From contig CAVRYH010000013.1 in assembly GCA_963725395.1 (NCBI GenBank), positions 163,720 through 227,719 on the forward strand: a stretch of 64,000 bases of DNA, given 5' to 3'. Below are positions 1 to 8,903 of this stretch, piece after piece. A program made the translations under genes and the position numbers. Numbering within the stretch: the first letter of the stretch is position 1; each line of letters begins with the position of its first letter. This stretch comes from an uncultured Acidimicrobiales bacterium. Its GTDB lineage: Bacteria > Actinomycetota > Acidimicrobiia > Acidimicrobiales > RAAP-2. Below the pieces are notes generated by a model. It did no database searches and had not been told where the DNA came from. It saw only the letters and a list, made by a program, of their open reading frames with translations.

Positions 1-1
1 C

Positions 2-652
2 TACGACGCCATCGAGTCCGACCTGGAGGAGGCCATGGCCATCGGTGGCAGCCCGGTCAAGGCGGCGCTCGAAGTGCTGCGCATCCTCCGCGACCAGTTG
101 CGGTCGGTCATCGAGTTCGGTGGGCTCACCTACGAGTCCTATCTCGACTTCCAGACGAATATCCGGGGACGCATCAACCGGCTCGAGGCCGGTCCCCCGC
201 CCCTCCGGTCCCAGCAGCTGCTGGCCCTCCTCGACGCCGGTGTCGTGCACATCCCCTTCGGCCCGAATCCCGACGTCGTCGCCTCGCCCGACGGCCGGGT
301 GACGCTCCGCTCCACCCAGCTCGAAGAGGAGATGAGCGTGACCGTGAACGGCGTGGTCCGCGGTCACCTCGACCTTCCTTCGCTGGCCCGCTCGAGCTCA
401 CCGCTGCTCAACCGACTCTATGCCAACGGCCGGCTGACCCAGATGAGCTACGGGAGCACCCCGGTGGGGAGTGTGGCCATCACCGAGCACTTCCATCCCT
501 ACGACACGGCTGGTCACGTCCAGGCGAATCTCTCGCTGCTCGGTGTGCTCACCGAGGGCGCCCGGTACTTCACTCACTACCTGCCGTCGCCCCGGAGTCG
601 CATACGGGCGGTGCTCGACGCCCAGGAGTGCGTCGAGAACGTCATCGGCTGA
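2..652 (+). CDS. FAD/NAD(P)-binding domain protein, C-terminal fragment (5' end outside window)
   Basis: The frame is open from nt 2; track ORF 35..652 is its in-window part. Composition is balanced, not Arg/Pro-skewed. The segment LNRLYANGRLTQMSYG...GVLTEGARYFTHYLPSP recalls the C-terminal half of FAD-NAD(P)-binding proteins. Family call is from memory only. Confidence 0.45.
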   Translation, partial: YDAIESDLEEAMAIGGSPVKAALEVLRILRDQLRSVIEFGGLTYESYLDFQTNIRGRINRLEAGPPPLRSQQLLALLDAGVVHIPFGPNPDVVASPDGRVTLRSTQLEEEMSVTVNGVVRGHLDLPSLARSSSPLLNRLYANGRLTQMSYGSTPVGSVAITEHFHPYDTAGHVQANLSLLGVLTEGARYFTHYLPSPRSRIRAVLDAQECVENVIG

Positions 653-686
653 GCCGGAGGCGACAGAGGTGGTGGCCGCCAGGGTG

Positions 687-1961
687 TCAGCGGCTCGCCG
701 CGGACAGAGCCTGGTCGATGTCGGCGATGAGGTCGTCGATGTGCTCGAGCCCGATGGACAACCGGATCATCTCCGGTCTGACTCCAGCGGCCGTCAGCTC
801 CTCGGTGCTCAGCTGACGGTGTGTGGTCGATGCGGGGTGGATGGCGAGGGACTTGGCATCCCCGAGGTTGAGCAGGCGCTTGAAGAGCTGGAGTGAGTCG
901 AAGAAGGCGAGGCTGGCGTCGTAGCCCCCGGCAGCACCGAAGGTGATGATCGACGGGGCCCGTCCGTCCAGGTAGCGCTGAGCCAGGTGATGGTGGGGGT
1001 GGTCGGGGAAGCCGACGAAGCTCACCCATTCGACCCGGGGGTCGCGGACGAGATACGCGGCGACGGCGCGGGCGTTGGACTCGTGGCGCTCGAGCCGGAC
1101 GGGGAGGGTCTCCAGCCCCTGCAGCAGCTGGAAGGCGGCCAGGGGCGACAGGGTGGCCCCGGTGTTCCTGAGCTGTACCGAGCGGGCCCGGACGGCGAAG
1201 GGGCGGTCGGGGAAATCGCGTGCGAAGACGACGTCGTGAAATGCCGGCTCGGGCTCGTTGAACATCGGGAAGCGCTCGGCATGGCCGGCCCAGGGGAAGG
1301 TCCCACCGTCGACGATCGCACCCCCCAGCGTGGTCCCGTGGCCGCCGATGAACTTGGTCAGGGAGTGGACGACCACGTCGGCCCCATGGCGGATGGGCTT
1401 CAGCATCAGGGGGGTGGCGACCGTGTTGTCCACGATGAGGGGTACGCCGGCACCGTGGGCCACCGCGGCGACGGCTTCGAGGTCCACGACGTTGCCGGCC
1501 GGGTTGCCGATGGTCTCGCAGAAGATCGCCACGGTGCGGTCGTCGATCAGGGGTGCCATCGACTCGGCCCGGTCGTCGACGGCGAACCGGGCCTCGATGC
1601 CGAGCGTGGGCAGGACGTGGGAGAAATACGTGAAGGTGGCCCCGTACAGCTGCGGTGCCACGACGATGTTTGATCCGGCCCGGGCCACGGTGAGGATCGC
1701 GTAGCTGACGGCCGCCATGCCCGACGACACCACCAGGGCGGCCGTTCCTCCCTCGAGCGCGGCGATTCGCTGTTCGAGGACGTCGTTGGTGGGGTTGTTC
1801 AGCCGGTTGTAGTGGAACCCCGGAACCTCGAGGTCCAAGATGGCCCCGGCGTGCTCGGCGTCGATGAAGTCGTGGGCGACGGTCTGGTAGATGGGCACGG
1901 CCACGGCGCGTGTCTGGTCTGCCGTGTAGCCGCCGTGGATGGCGATGGTCTCGTCGTGCAC
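687..1961 (-). CDS. metY: O-acetylhomoserine (thiol)-lyase / sulfhydrylase (PLP-dependent)
   Basis: Track ORF 687..2228 was trimmed to the GTG at 1961, 4 nt downstream of the metA stop at 1966. The N-terminus reads HDETIAIHGGY. The PLP-lysine motif HSLTKFIGGHG and the C-terminal AIHPASTTH are typical of the Cys/Met-metabolism PLP family. The discarded 5' extension is Arg/Ser/Pro-rich and overlaps metA. Confidence 0.85.
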   Translation of the reverse strand: MHDETIAIHGGYTADQTRAVAVPIYQTVAHDFIDAEHAGAILDLEVPGFHYNRLNNPTNDVLEQRIAALEGGTAALVVSSGMAAVSYAILTVARAGSNIVVAPQLYGATFTYFSHVLPTLGIEARFAVDDRAESMAPLIDDRTVAIFCETIGNPAGNVVDLEAVAAVAHGAGVPLIVDNTVATPLMLKPIRHGADVVVHSLTKFIGGHGTTLGGAIVDGGTFPWAGHAERFPMFNEPEPAFHDVVFARDFPDRPFAVRARSVQLRNTGATLSPLAAFQLLQGLETLPVRLERHESNARAVAAYLVRDPRVEWVSFVGFPDHPHHHLAQRYLDGRAPSIITFGAAGGYDASLAFFDSLQLFKRLLNLGDAKSLAIHPASTTHRQLSTEELTAAGVRPEMIRLSIGLEHIDDLIADIDQALSAASR

Positions 1962-1965
1962 CGAC

Positions 1966-2946
1966 TCACCCGCTCCGTTCCATGGCGCCGGCCAACCAGT
2001 TGGCGTACAGCCGACCCGCCGCCTCCCGCCACGGCCACGGGACCCTGGCGCCGACCTGCTCGAAGGGATAGGCGGCCACGAGGGCCGGCTCGCGCTCGCC
2101 GTGGGTGATCCGGTGGTGGAGCTCGGCCAGGCTCGAGCGGTCCCCCGGGGCCACGCATCGCAACGGGAGGATCGGCAGGTCGTCCCGCTCCCCGAGCACA
2201 TAGCGGCGGACGTCGCGGTGGTACTCACGGAGGAGGCTGGTGGGGCCGTACTCGGGATGAGCCTGGACGAGGACGACCTCCGCGCGCCCGATGCGTCTGG
2301 TGGCCACGCCCCACCCGACGGCGCGGGAGAACACGGGCACCTCGTAGCCGGCGTCCCGGACGCGACGTGTCGGCACCGAATTCAAACGGGAGTGGGGCAG
2401 CGTCAGATCCGCGTCGAGGCCGTCCGTCAGCGGATCGTCCGACTCCACCTCATGACGGAAGACGCCGGTGCACTTGCGGGCGAGGCGCTCGCGTTCCAGG
2501 CCGTCGAACACGGCCAGGGCCGCGTGCGCCGAAAGGCACGAGAGCAGCACCGACCGGGTGTGCTCGGTGGCCCACGAGAGCAGTTCGACCAGGTCCGACC
2601 AGAACGGCTCGTCCTGGAGTACCGGCTCCACCGGATTGGCTCCGGTGACGATCAGGACATCGGGGGGATCGGCGACCAGGTCGGCGACGGGGGCGTAGTG
2701 CTCGGCGATCCGCTGCGCCACCCGTTTGCCCCTCGGGATCGAGTCCAGGGCGTACAGCCGGACGTCGAGTGTGTCGCCACCCAATCCGGCACCGAGGAGC
2801 CCGAGGAACTGTCGCTCGGTCACTTTGAACGCGCCGTCGGGCATGTTGTTGACCAGCGCACACGTCCGGCGTGATTCGTGGGGCGACCCTGTGGCGGACG
2901 GGCCGTGGTCACCTGCCGCGAGTGACTCGGGATGCACGACGGCCAT
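1966..2946 (-). CDS. metA: homoserine O-acyltransferase (MetA/HTS family)
   Basis: The 326-aa ORF contains ALVNNMPDG..TERQFLGLL, which matches the LNLMP...TE.QF.RLL signature of MetA-type homoserine acyltransferases. It lies immediately upstream of metY on the same strand. Confidence 0.8.
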   Translation of the reverse strand: MAVVHPESLAAGDHGPSATGSPHESRRTCALVNNMPDGAFKVTERQFLGLLGAGLGGDTLDVRLYALDSIPRGKRVAQRIAEHYAPVADLVADPPDVLIVTGANPVEPVLQDEPFWSDLVELLSWATEHTRSVLLSCLSAHAALAVFDGLERERLARKCTGVFRHEVESDDPLTDGLDADLTLPHSRLNSVPTRRVRDAGYEVPVFSRAVGWGVATRRIGRAEVVLVQAHPEYGPTSLLREYHRDVRRYVLGERDDLPILPLRCVAPGDRSSLAELHHRITHGEREPALVAAYPFEQVGARVPWPWREAAGRLYANWLAGAMERSG

Positions 2947-3158
2947 GCACCCGTATCGGCATCATCGGGGATCTTCCTGAGGATCTGGTTCTCCGCCGGG
3001 CCGGTCAGATGGGCCTCCCGGCCTCCGCCAGCCCGGCCACCCCACCCAATTCCGGTCCTACCGGTGGCGAATCGTGATTGTGCTCAGGAAATCCCTCGTG
3101 CCTACCGATACTTGACTACAGGCGCACACCGATCACGAACCTGAAGGGACCAATCGAC

Positions 3159-4346
3159 ATGCCTATCGAGATCATCGGGATGGTCGGGACGCGCGACGCA
3201 TCGGAGATCAAGGGTCCCCTGGTCGATGGCCCGGTCGTCGACTGGATGGATGGCCCGGTCGTCGATCCCGGCTACCTGGTGGATATCTCCCGGGCCCACG
3301 AGGAGGCCGGTTTCGATCGAGTGCTGATCGGCTACGGGGCCGTCGGCCCCGAGGGATGGGCGGTCGCCGCCTCTGTGCTGCACAGCACCGACCACCTCAA
3401 GGTGCTGGTGGCCCACCGACCCGGTTTCGTGCAGCCCGTCCTGCTGGCCCGCAAGGCCGCCACGTTGGACAATCTCACCGGAGGCGGAAGGATCGGCATC
3501 CACTTCATCACCGGTGGGGACGAGCAGGACCAGCGACGCGAGGGGGACTTCGCCCCCCACGACGCCCGCTACCGCCGCACAGGGGAGGTCATGTCGATCG
3601 TCCGCCGCATCTGGTCGGAGGACGGTCCCTTCGACTACGAGGGCGAGTTCTTCCGCTACGAAGGGGCGTTCAGCTCGGTGAAGCCGGTCACGCCGGACAG
3701 CATTCCGCTGTTCTTCGCCGGAGCCTCACCCGCAGCCGTGGAGGTGGGAGCGGCCCAGGCCGACGTTTATGCCTTCTGGGGCGAGCCCCGGGCCGCCGTG
3801 GCGGAGCGGATGAACATCATCAACCGCGCCTGTCGCGCACTCGGGCGGACTATGCGCTACAGCATCTCCCTGCGCCCGATCATCGCCGACACCGAGGCCG
3901 AGGCGTGGGAGAAGGCCGAGTGGATCGCGGACAAGACGGCCGAGCGCATCAACCTGGCCAAGGAGCGGATGGACGGTCGGAAGGCGGATTATCGGGGACT
4001 CGGCGGAGGCCAGAACGCCATGCTGTCGGTGGATCGTGATACCGGAGGGACGACGTCGGTCGGTCGCAAGCGCCTGATCGCCATGTCCTCCGAGCGCGAC
4101 GTCCACGACGAGCGGTTGTGGATGAAGGTGGCCAACCTGACCGGTGCCGCCGGCAACTCGACAGCGCTGGTGGGCACCCCCGAACAGGTCGCCGAGGCCA
4201 TGCTCCGCTACTGCGACCTGGGCATCACCACCCTGTTGCTCAAGGGGTTCGACCCCGTGCCCGACGCCGTCGACTTCGGCAAGGAGCTCCTCCCGCTGGT
4301 GCGGGAGGGGGCCACGAGCCGGGCGGCCGCCGCCGGAGCGGCCTGA
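3159..4346 (+). CDS. LLM-class flavin-dependent monooxygenase (SsuD/SfnG-like)
   Basis: Start trimmed to the ATG at 3159, preceded by GAAGGGA. HRPGF..P...A...ATLD.L.GGR..IH.ITGG and LFFAGASPAAVEVGA are typical of luciferase-like monooxygenases of the alkanesulfonate/sulfone group. Confidence 0.75.
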   Translation: MPIEIIGMVGTRDASEIKGPLVDGPVVDWMDGPVVDPGYLVDISRAHEEAGFDRVLIGYGAVGPEGWAVAASVLHSTDHLKVLVAHRPGFVQPVLLARKAATLDNLTGGGRIGIHFITGGDEQDQRREGDFAPHDARYRRTGEVMSIVRRIWSEDGPFDYEGEFFRYEGAFSSVKPVTPDSIPLFFAGASPAAVEVGAAQADVYAFWGEPRAAVAERMNIINRACRALGRTMRYSISLRPIIADTEAEAWEKAEWIADKTAERINLAKERMDGRKADYRGLGGGQNAMLSVDRDTGGTTSVGRKRLIAMSSERDVHDERLWMKVANLTGAAGNSTALVGTPEQVAEAMLRYCDLGITTLLLKGFDPVPDAVDFGKELLPLVREGATSRAAAAGAA

Positions 4347-4394
4347 AGCGGCCGCACGAGGGGGGTGGCTCTCCGTCGACGGTAAGGTGGCTCG

Positions 4395-4784
4395 GTGAGT
4401 GATCCACGGTCAGCAGAAGTCGTGCCGACCGGCCTTCGGCGGATCGGGCAGCGCATGTCCGATCGCCTCCGGGCTGCGTGGGCGACCGAGCGCGGGCGCC
4501 GCATGCTCCTATTCCTGGCCATCGCCGTCATCGTGCTCGTGGTGGTCGTCGGCGGTGCCTTGATGTTCTCGTCGCTCGGAGGCCAGTCCCAGTCCTACAA
4601 GGACGGCTATGCGTCGGGAGGCACGGCCTACACCGCCGACACCGCGCAGGAGGGTGCTCAGCAGGCCTGCCAGGCCATACAGCCCCGCAACGCGGCCAAC
4701 GGGGGCATGCCGCGCGGCGACGACGGCGCCCAGTGGATGGAAGGTTGCATCTCCGCCTTCAACAACGCACAGGGCGACACTTAG
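4395..4784 (+). CDS. hypothetical membrane-anchored protein
   Basis: GTG start preceded by AAGGTGG. It has a single hydrophobic helix (LLFLAIAVIVLVVVVGGALMF) followed by a small Cys-containing extracytoplasmic domain. I recognise no family. Confidence 0.45.
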   Translation: MSDPRSAEVVPTGLRRIGQRMSDRLRAAWATERGRRMLLFLAIAVIVLVVVVGGALMFSSLGGQSQSYKDGYASGGTAYTADTAQEGAQQACQAIQPRNAANGGMPRGDDGAQWMEGCISAFNNAQGDT

Positions 4785-4926
4785 GGTCGCCCTCGGGTCG
4801 GCTCCAGCGGCCGGCGAGGAGCGTCTCCGTTGGGAGGATCGTCTGTACCATGTCCAGTCGGACGCGCCCGAGCAGTTCGCTGCGGCCATCCGCTCCTGGT
4901 GGCCCGGCCGGGCCTGACCGTCCGGC

Positions 4927-5289
4927 CTACGCCGAGACGAAGCTGATGATGAGCCCCGCCGCCGCCAGCCCCAGGGTGCCGATGGTCATCAACCGACACG
5001 CCGACGTGTCGAGGGACCCGGCGTCGGCACGGCCCGAGTTCGAGCGACCGATGTTCACCGCGACGGTCCACAGGGTGGCCCCGGCGGCTCCGACGGCGAG
5101 GGCGGCCACCGCCTTGTTCCCGGTGAGCGGCCAGAGATGACGGATGATGATGGCCACGGTGACCGCCACGGCCAGGCCCGACCGTGTCCAGGCCAGCTGG
5201 GTCCGCTCCCGGACCGCACCCGGGTCCTGCACACCGAGATCGTCGGAGGCACCTTCGTTCCCCTTCCCCGAACCTGCCCCGACCCTCAC
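4927..5289 (-). CDS. DUF202 (YidH-like) membrane protein
   Basis: This is the C-terminal 120 codons of track ORF 4927..5673. The GTG at 5289 overlaps the upstream stop as GTGA. The RERTQLAWTRSGLA motif plus 3 hydrophobic helices match DUF202. The rest of the track ORF is Arg/Pro-rich shadow. Confidence 0.6.
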   Translation of the reverse strand: MRVGAGSGKGNEGASDDLGVQDPGAVRERTQLAWTRSGLAVAVTVAIIIRHLWPLTGNKAVAALAVGAAGATLWTVAVNIGRSNSGRADAGSLDTSACRLMTIGTLGLAAAGLIISFVSA

Positions 5290-5642
5290 TTCGGACCGAA
5301 CACGGCCAGAACGACGGCGATGACGGCGACGAGGCCGATGCCGACGGAGAGCACGAGCGGCATCAGCGAACGGGGGAGGGGCTCGCCACGTCGCATCGCC
5401 CGTTCGTTGGCCTTCCAGTGCTGGAAGCTCGTCGCGGCCACGAGCGCGCCGAGAGCGATGAGCGGGACGCCGAGGATGCGACGCCCCCCGGTCACGTGGA
5501 ACTCTGGGAGGAGTTGCGTGGCGGCCACCCCGGTGGCGATCAGGGCCAGTGCGGTCCGGTTCCAGGCGAGGAAGGTCCGCTCGTTGGCGTAGGTGAACCG
5601 GGCGTCCGGTTCCGTTTCGTCCGTCGAGGGGAGGTCGCTCAC
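5286..5642 (-). CDS. DUF202 (YidH-like) membrane protein
   Basis: The 118-aa ORF contains YANERTFLAWNRTALALIATGVA, a DUF202 signature, and three predicted TM helices. It is translationally coupled to the paralogue downstream. Confidence 0.7.
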   Translation of the reverse strand: MSDLPSTDETEPDARFTYANERTFLAWNRTALALIATGVAATQLLPEFHVTGGRRILGVPLIALGALVAATSFQHWKANERAMRRGEPLPRSLMPLVLSVGIGLVAVIAVVLAVFGPK

Positions 5643-5923
5643 GAGCCTTGCACCGGCGGAAGCCTACGACCACCCACGCCCCGAAGGGGTCTTTTCCGCC
5701 CGACGGGCTCCCGATCCGGACGGCCTCATCACCCAGGGGTGCCCTCGACCAGGAGGGCCGCGGGATCAGCGAGGAAGGAAGGCCGGTCAGTGCAGTCTGG
5801 CCAATTCAATAGGGTCTTTCGACCCTAGAGAAGGAGTCCTCCCGTACTTAGCCTCCGAAGGGAAGAGACATTTTGACGAAGATTGTCTCATCCCGCAAAG
5901 GGCGGCGAGCACGGAGGTGGCAT

Positions 5924-7012
5924 ATGGCACTCGGACTCGATCTCGGGTACCTCGAGCGGTCGGCGAGGGGTGAGTTCGATCTGGGTTGGCTGCGGGACAC
6001 CCGCTCGGAGTGGGGCGTCAGGGCCAAACCCGGTAAGACCGGCCTGACGCTGCGTGACATCGCCATCGGCACCTACGGCGAGATCCCCGACCACGCCCCG
6101 CGGCGCTCGATGGCGCCCCGGGGTTCGGACGTCGAGGAGGACGTACCCGACCTCGGGTACACCATCAACGACAAGGCCGAAGTGTGGTCCGACAACGTGA
6201 TGGACCTCTACGAGGAGGCGGTGAGCCGGCAGTGGAGTGCCACGCGGGATATCCCCTGGGGGGAAATCCCCGAACTCGATCCCGATCTCGAGCACGCCAT
6301 GTGCCAGCTGGCCACCGTGCTCTCCGAGGTCGAGATGGTGGCGGCGGACTTCCCGGCCAAGTGGATGTGGCGGATCAACCACGACTTCGTCGAGGCCAAG
6401 ATGTTCCTCTGCACCCAGGTGATGGACGAGGCCCGTCACACCGAGGTCTTCCGCAAGCGCGCCCTGGCCAACGGTGGCGGTCTGGGTCGGGCGACCGCCG
6501 TGGTGGAGCGGTTCCTGCAGCTGATCCTCGACGCTGGGAGCTATGACGAGGGGTCGGCGCTCATGCACCTGCTCGGCGAGGGCATCGTGCTCTCGTTGTT
6601 CCGCGCCGGGGAGGCCATCGCCCCCTCGCCCGTCGAGCAGCAGATCTTCCGGCTGTGCATGCAGGACGAGGCCCGTCACGTGGCCTACGGGACCATGCAC
6701 CTGCGTTACCGACTCGACAGGGACCCGCTGATGGCCGAGGACTTCCACGCCTACCTCGACCGGGGCGAGGAGATCATCTCCATGATCTTCGCCACGCCCG
6801 AGATCGTCGAGCCGACGGCGATCCTCGCCGCCGGTGGGGTGGCCCAGGCCGCGGAGCTCGGGACCGCGGCCGGAGACGTCATGCGCAAGCAGGTCATCGG
6901 CGAGTACCTCCGGAGATGCGCCCACGCCGGGCTCGACCGCCGGGGTCGGTTGCATCTCCCCGACGTGCTCCTCGAGGACGTTCCCGGCGCCACGGCGGAG
7001 GCGGTGGCGTGA
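5924..7012 (+). CDS. ferritin-like di-iron carboxylate protein (oxygenase/desaturase-type, two DEARH motifs)
   Basis: The ATG at 5924 is preceded by GGAGGTGG. Two copies of the (D/E)EXRH hallmark (MDEARHTEVF and QDEARHVAYG) lie 80 residues apart, as in class II di-iron proteins. Confidence 0.6.
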   Translation: MALGLDLGYLERSARGEFDLGWLRDTRSEWGVRAKPGKTGLTLRDIAIGTYGEIPDHAPRRSMAPRGSDVEEDVPDLGYTINDKAEVWSDNVMDLYEEAVSRQWSATRDIPWGEIPELDPDLEHAMCQLATVLSEVEMVAADFPAKWMWRINHDFVEAKMFLCTQVMDEARHTEVFRKRALANGGGLGRATAVVERFLQLILDAGSYDEGSALMHLLGEGIVLSLFRAGEAIAPSPVEQQIFRLCMQDEARHVAYGTMHLRYRLDRDPLMAEDFHAYLDRGEEIISMIFATPEIVEPTAILAAGGVAQAAELGTAAGDVMRKQVIGEYLRRCAHAGLDRRGRLHLPDVLLEDVPGATAEAVA

Positions 7013-7464
7013 TGACGTCGGTGGGTGCCGCGTTCCCCTCCGACTGCTGGTTCTCCGAGGTCGTGGCCCGGGCGGTCTCCGACCAGCCGACCATGGAGCG
7101 CCTCGGTATCGCCGATCTCCGGCTGGGGATCGAGGTAACGGACGGGAGCGGTTCACCCCGACTGTTCGGGATGGTGTTCGACGGTTACGAGGTCCACTCG
7201 CTCGGGGACGTGTCGGCGAGCGGGTTCGCCCCCGACGTGGTGATCAGCGGTCCCCTCGAGGTGTGGCAGGAGATGGTCTCCGCCATCGAGGACCACGGTG
7301 GGGCCGACGGCCCCCACACGCTGAACAGCCTGACGCTGGCCGGTGTGCCCCTCGAGGCCCGGGCGCCTGACGCGGTGGGCCACGACAAGTTGTTCCGTTA
7401 TATGGGGACGATCCAGGCCGTCTTCGATGCCGCCGGTGCGCCTGCGGCCGCCACGGTGCCCTGA
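7012..7464 (+). CDS. SCP2 sterol/lipid-carrier-like domain protein
   Basis: The ATG at 7012 overlaps the upstream TGA by 1 nt. The 150-aa product has a pattern (RLGIEVTDG...FGMVFDG..V......DVVISGPLEVWQEMV....L.LAGVPLE...) compatible with the SCP2 fold. The call is weak and pattern-based. Confidence 0.45.
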   Translation: MTSVGAAFPSDCWFSEVVARAVSDQPTMERLGIADLRLGIEVTDGSGSPRLFGMVFDGYEVHSLGDVSASGFAPDVVISGPLEVWQEMVSAIEDHGGADGPHTLNSLTLAGVPLEARAPDAVGHDKLFRYMGTIQAVFDAAGAPAAATVP

Positions 7465-7466
7465 CC

Positions 7467-7892
7467 ATGGCGTTCAAGGTCAACGAGGAGGAGTGCCTGG
7501 GTTGTGGGGCATGCGAGTCGGCGTGCCCCACCGGGGCGGTCACCCAGTCGACGGGGTTCCCGGTGGCGTACCTGGTCGATCCCCTCCTGTGCAACGACTG
7601 CAGCCGCTGCCTCGCCGTGTGCCCGGTCGACGGACTGGTCGCCGACGGCACCTGGGCGGTGTGCCACGGGAGAGGTTGCCCGCTGTCCTCCAAGCGCTAT
7701 GCGGGATGGGAGTGCAGTGAGGGTCACGAGCGTTGCCAGGAGTGCGGGTCCATGCTGTGGCGACCCCCGGGTGGTGTGTGGACCTGCAACAGCTGTGACG
7801 CCGACGACGACGGTGCATCCCACCACGCGTCGTGCCCGAAGGTCCGTCGTACCACGCGGCTCGCCGCGGTCGCCTCCGATCAGCTGTCCTGA
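7467..7892 (+). CDS. 4Fe-4S ferredoxin-domain protein with Cys-rich C-terminal extension
   Basis: CLGCGACESACP and CNDCSRCLAVCP are two classical CxxCxxCxxxCP cluster motifs. The C-terminal part holds additional CxxC pairs (CQEC, CNSC). Confidence 0.7.
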   Translation: MAFKVNEEECLGCGACESACPTGAVTQSTGFPVAYLVDPLLCNDCSRCLAVCPVDGLVADGTWAVCHGRGCPLSSKRYAGWECSEGHERCQECGSMLWRPPGGVWTCNSCDADDDGASHHASCPKVRRTTRLAAVASDQLS

Positions 7893-8869
7893 GCGATCGA
7901 TCCGGTGATGTCGTTGAGCAACGGCGCACCGTCGAGATAGCGGTCCAGGTTGGCTCCGAATAGCTCGGCCTGACGGCTAAGGCGCCCGCGGCCCCCGGCC
8001 GCGTTGTGCGGCGTGACCCGTACGGAGGGATGGGTCCAGTACGGGTGGTCGACAGGTAGGGGCTCCGTGCGGAAGACGTCGAGGACGGCTGCGCCCACCG
8101 TCCCGTCGTCGAGGGCGGCCAACAGCGCTCCGTCATCGATCAGTACGCCGCGCGCCACGTTGACCAGGGTGCATCCCGGTCGCACCCGTGCGAGGAACTC
8201 GCGGTCCACGAGATCGGTCGTTTCCGGGGTGGCCGGCGCGGCCAGTACGATCACGTCGGCCTGGTCGAGTACCTCGTGGAGCCGATCGGGCGTCACGGTG
8301 AGGTCGGTGGGATCGGCGGGGGAGGGGCTCCGCCGGCTCCCGATGACGCGGGCACCGAATGCCCTGGCCCGGATGGCCACCTCGGAGCCGATCCCCCCGA
8401 GGCCGATCACGAGCCAGGTGGTGCCGGACACCTCGCGCCAGTCGTGGATCTGCCATGACCGCTCGGCGACCTGCTCCCGCCACCGGGCGGCACCCTGGAA
8501 CTCGTCGAGCACGGCGCGCAGCACGAACTCGGCGATGGGGAGGCTGTTCACGTGGGCGTTGGTGACGGTCACCCCCCGCGCCGCCAATTCGGCGAACACG
8601 GGGGCGTCGTAGCCGGCGGCCGGGGACTGGAACCACTGCAGCGAGGAGGCGCGTCGGAGCAGTCCGAAGAACTCCCGGATCGGTGCACCCTCACGGAAGA
8701 GGTCCGAGGTGCCCCAGGCCACCACCGGACGGGCGTCCTCGGGGGAGACGATGCTGCCCTCGCCGTCACGGAGGCCTCCGTCCGTCTCCATGGTCAGGAA
8801 CTCGACACCGGGCCGTCGGAGGTATGCACCGAAGCTGGCGTGGGCCACCGAGGTCAGGAGCACGAGCAC
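7880..8869 (-). CDS. D-isomer-specific 2-hydroxyacid dehydrogenase family protein (NAD-binding)
   Basis: Track ORF 7880..9313 was trimmed to the GTG at 8869 (VLVLLTS...). It has the Rossmann motif LVIGLGGIGSEVA and VNVARG...D...L, VTPH. The 3' end overlaps the convergent ferredoxin gene by 13 nt. Confidence 0.8.
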   Translation of the reverse strand: MLVLLTSVAHASFGAYLRRPGVEFLTMETDGGLRDGEGSIVSPEDARPVVAWGTSDLFREGAPIREFFGLLRRASSLQWFQSPAAGYDAPVFAELAARGVTVTNAHVNSLPIAEFVLRAVLDEFQGAARWREQVAERSWQIHDWREVSGTTWLVIGLGGIGSEVAIRARAFGARVIGSRRSPSPADPTDLTVTPDRLHEVLDQADVIVLAAPATPETTDLVDREFLARVRPGCTLVNVARGVLIDDGALLAALDDGTVGAAVLDVFRTEPLPVDHPYWTHPSVRVTPHNAAGGRGRLSRQAELFGANLDRYLDGAPLLNDITGSIAQDS

Positions 8870-8903
8870 GGGATCACAGTAGAGGGAGGAGCGCTCCCCA
8901 CGA

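Noticed and set aside
687-2228. Extended N-termini of several track ORFs (687..2228, 7880..9313, 12369..14198, 17804..18766, 4927..5673, 15266..15982, 54237..55664)
   Set aside because: The 5' extensions are Arg/Pro/Ser-rich, overlap the upstream gene, and precede internal GTG/ATG codons that form 4-nt overlaps or follow RBS-like motifs. The trimmed starts were used instead.
5873-5923. TTG start at 5873 for the di-iron gene
   Set aside because: The first 17 codons are Arg/Lys-rich. The ATG at 5924 has a GGAGGTGG Shine-Dalgarno-like sequence at proper spacing.
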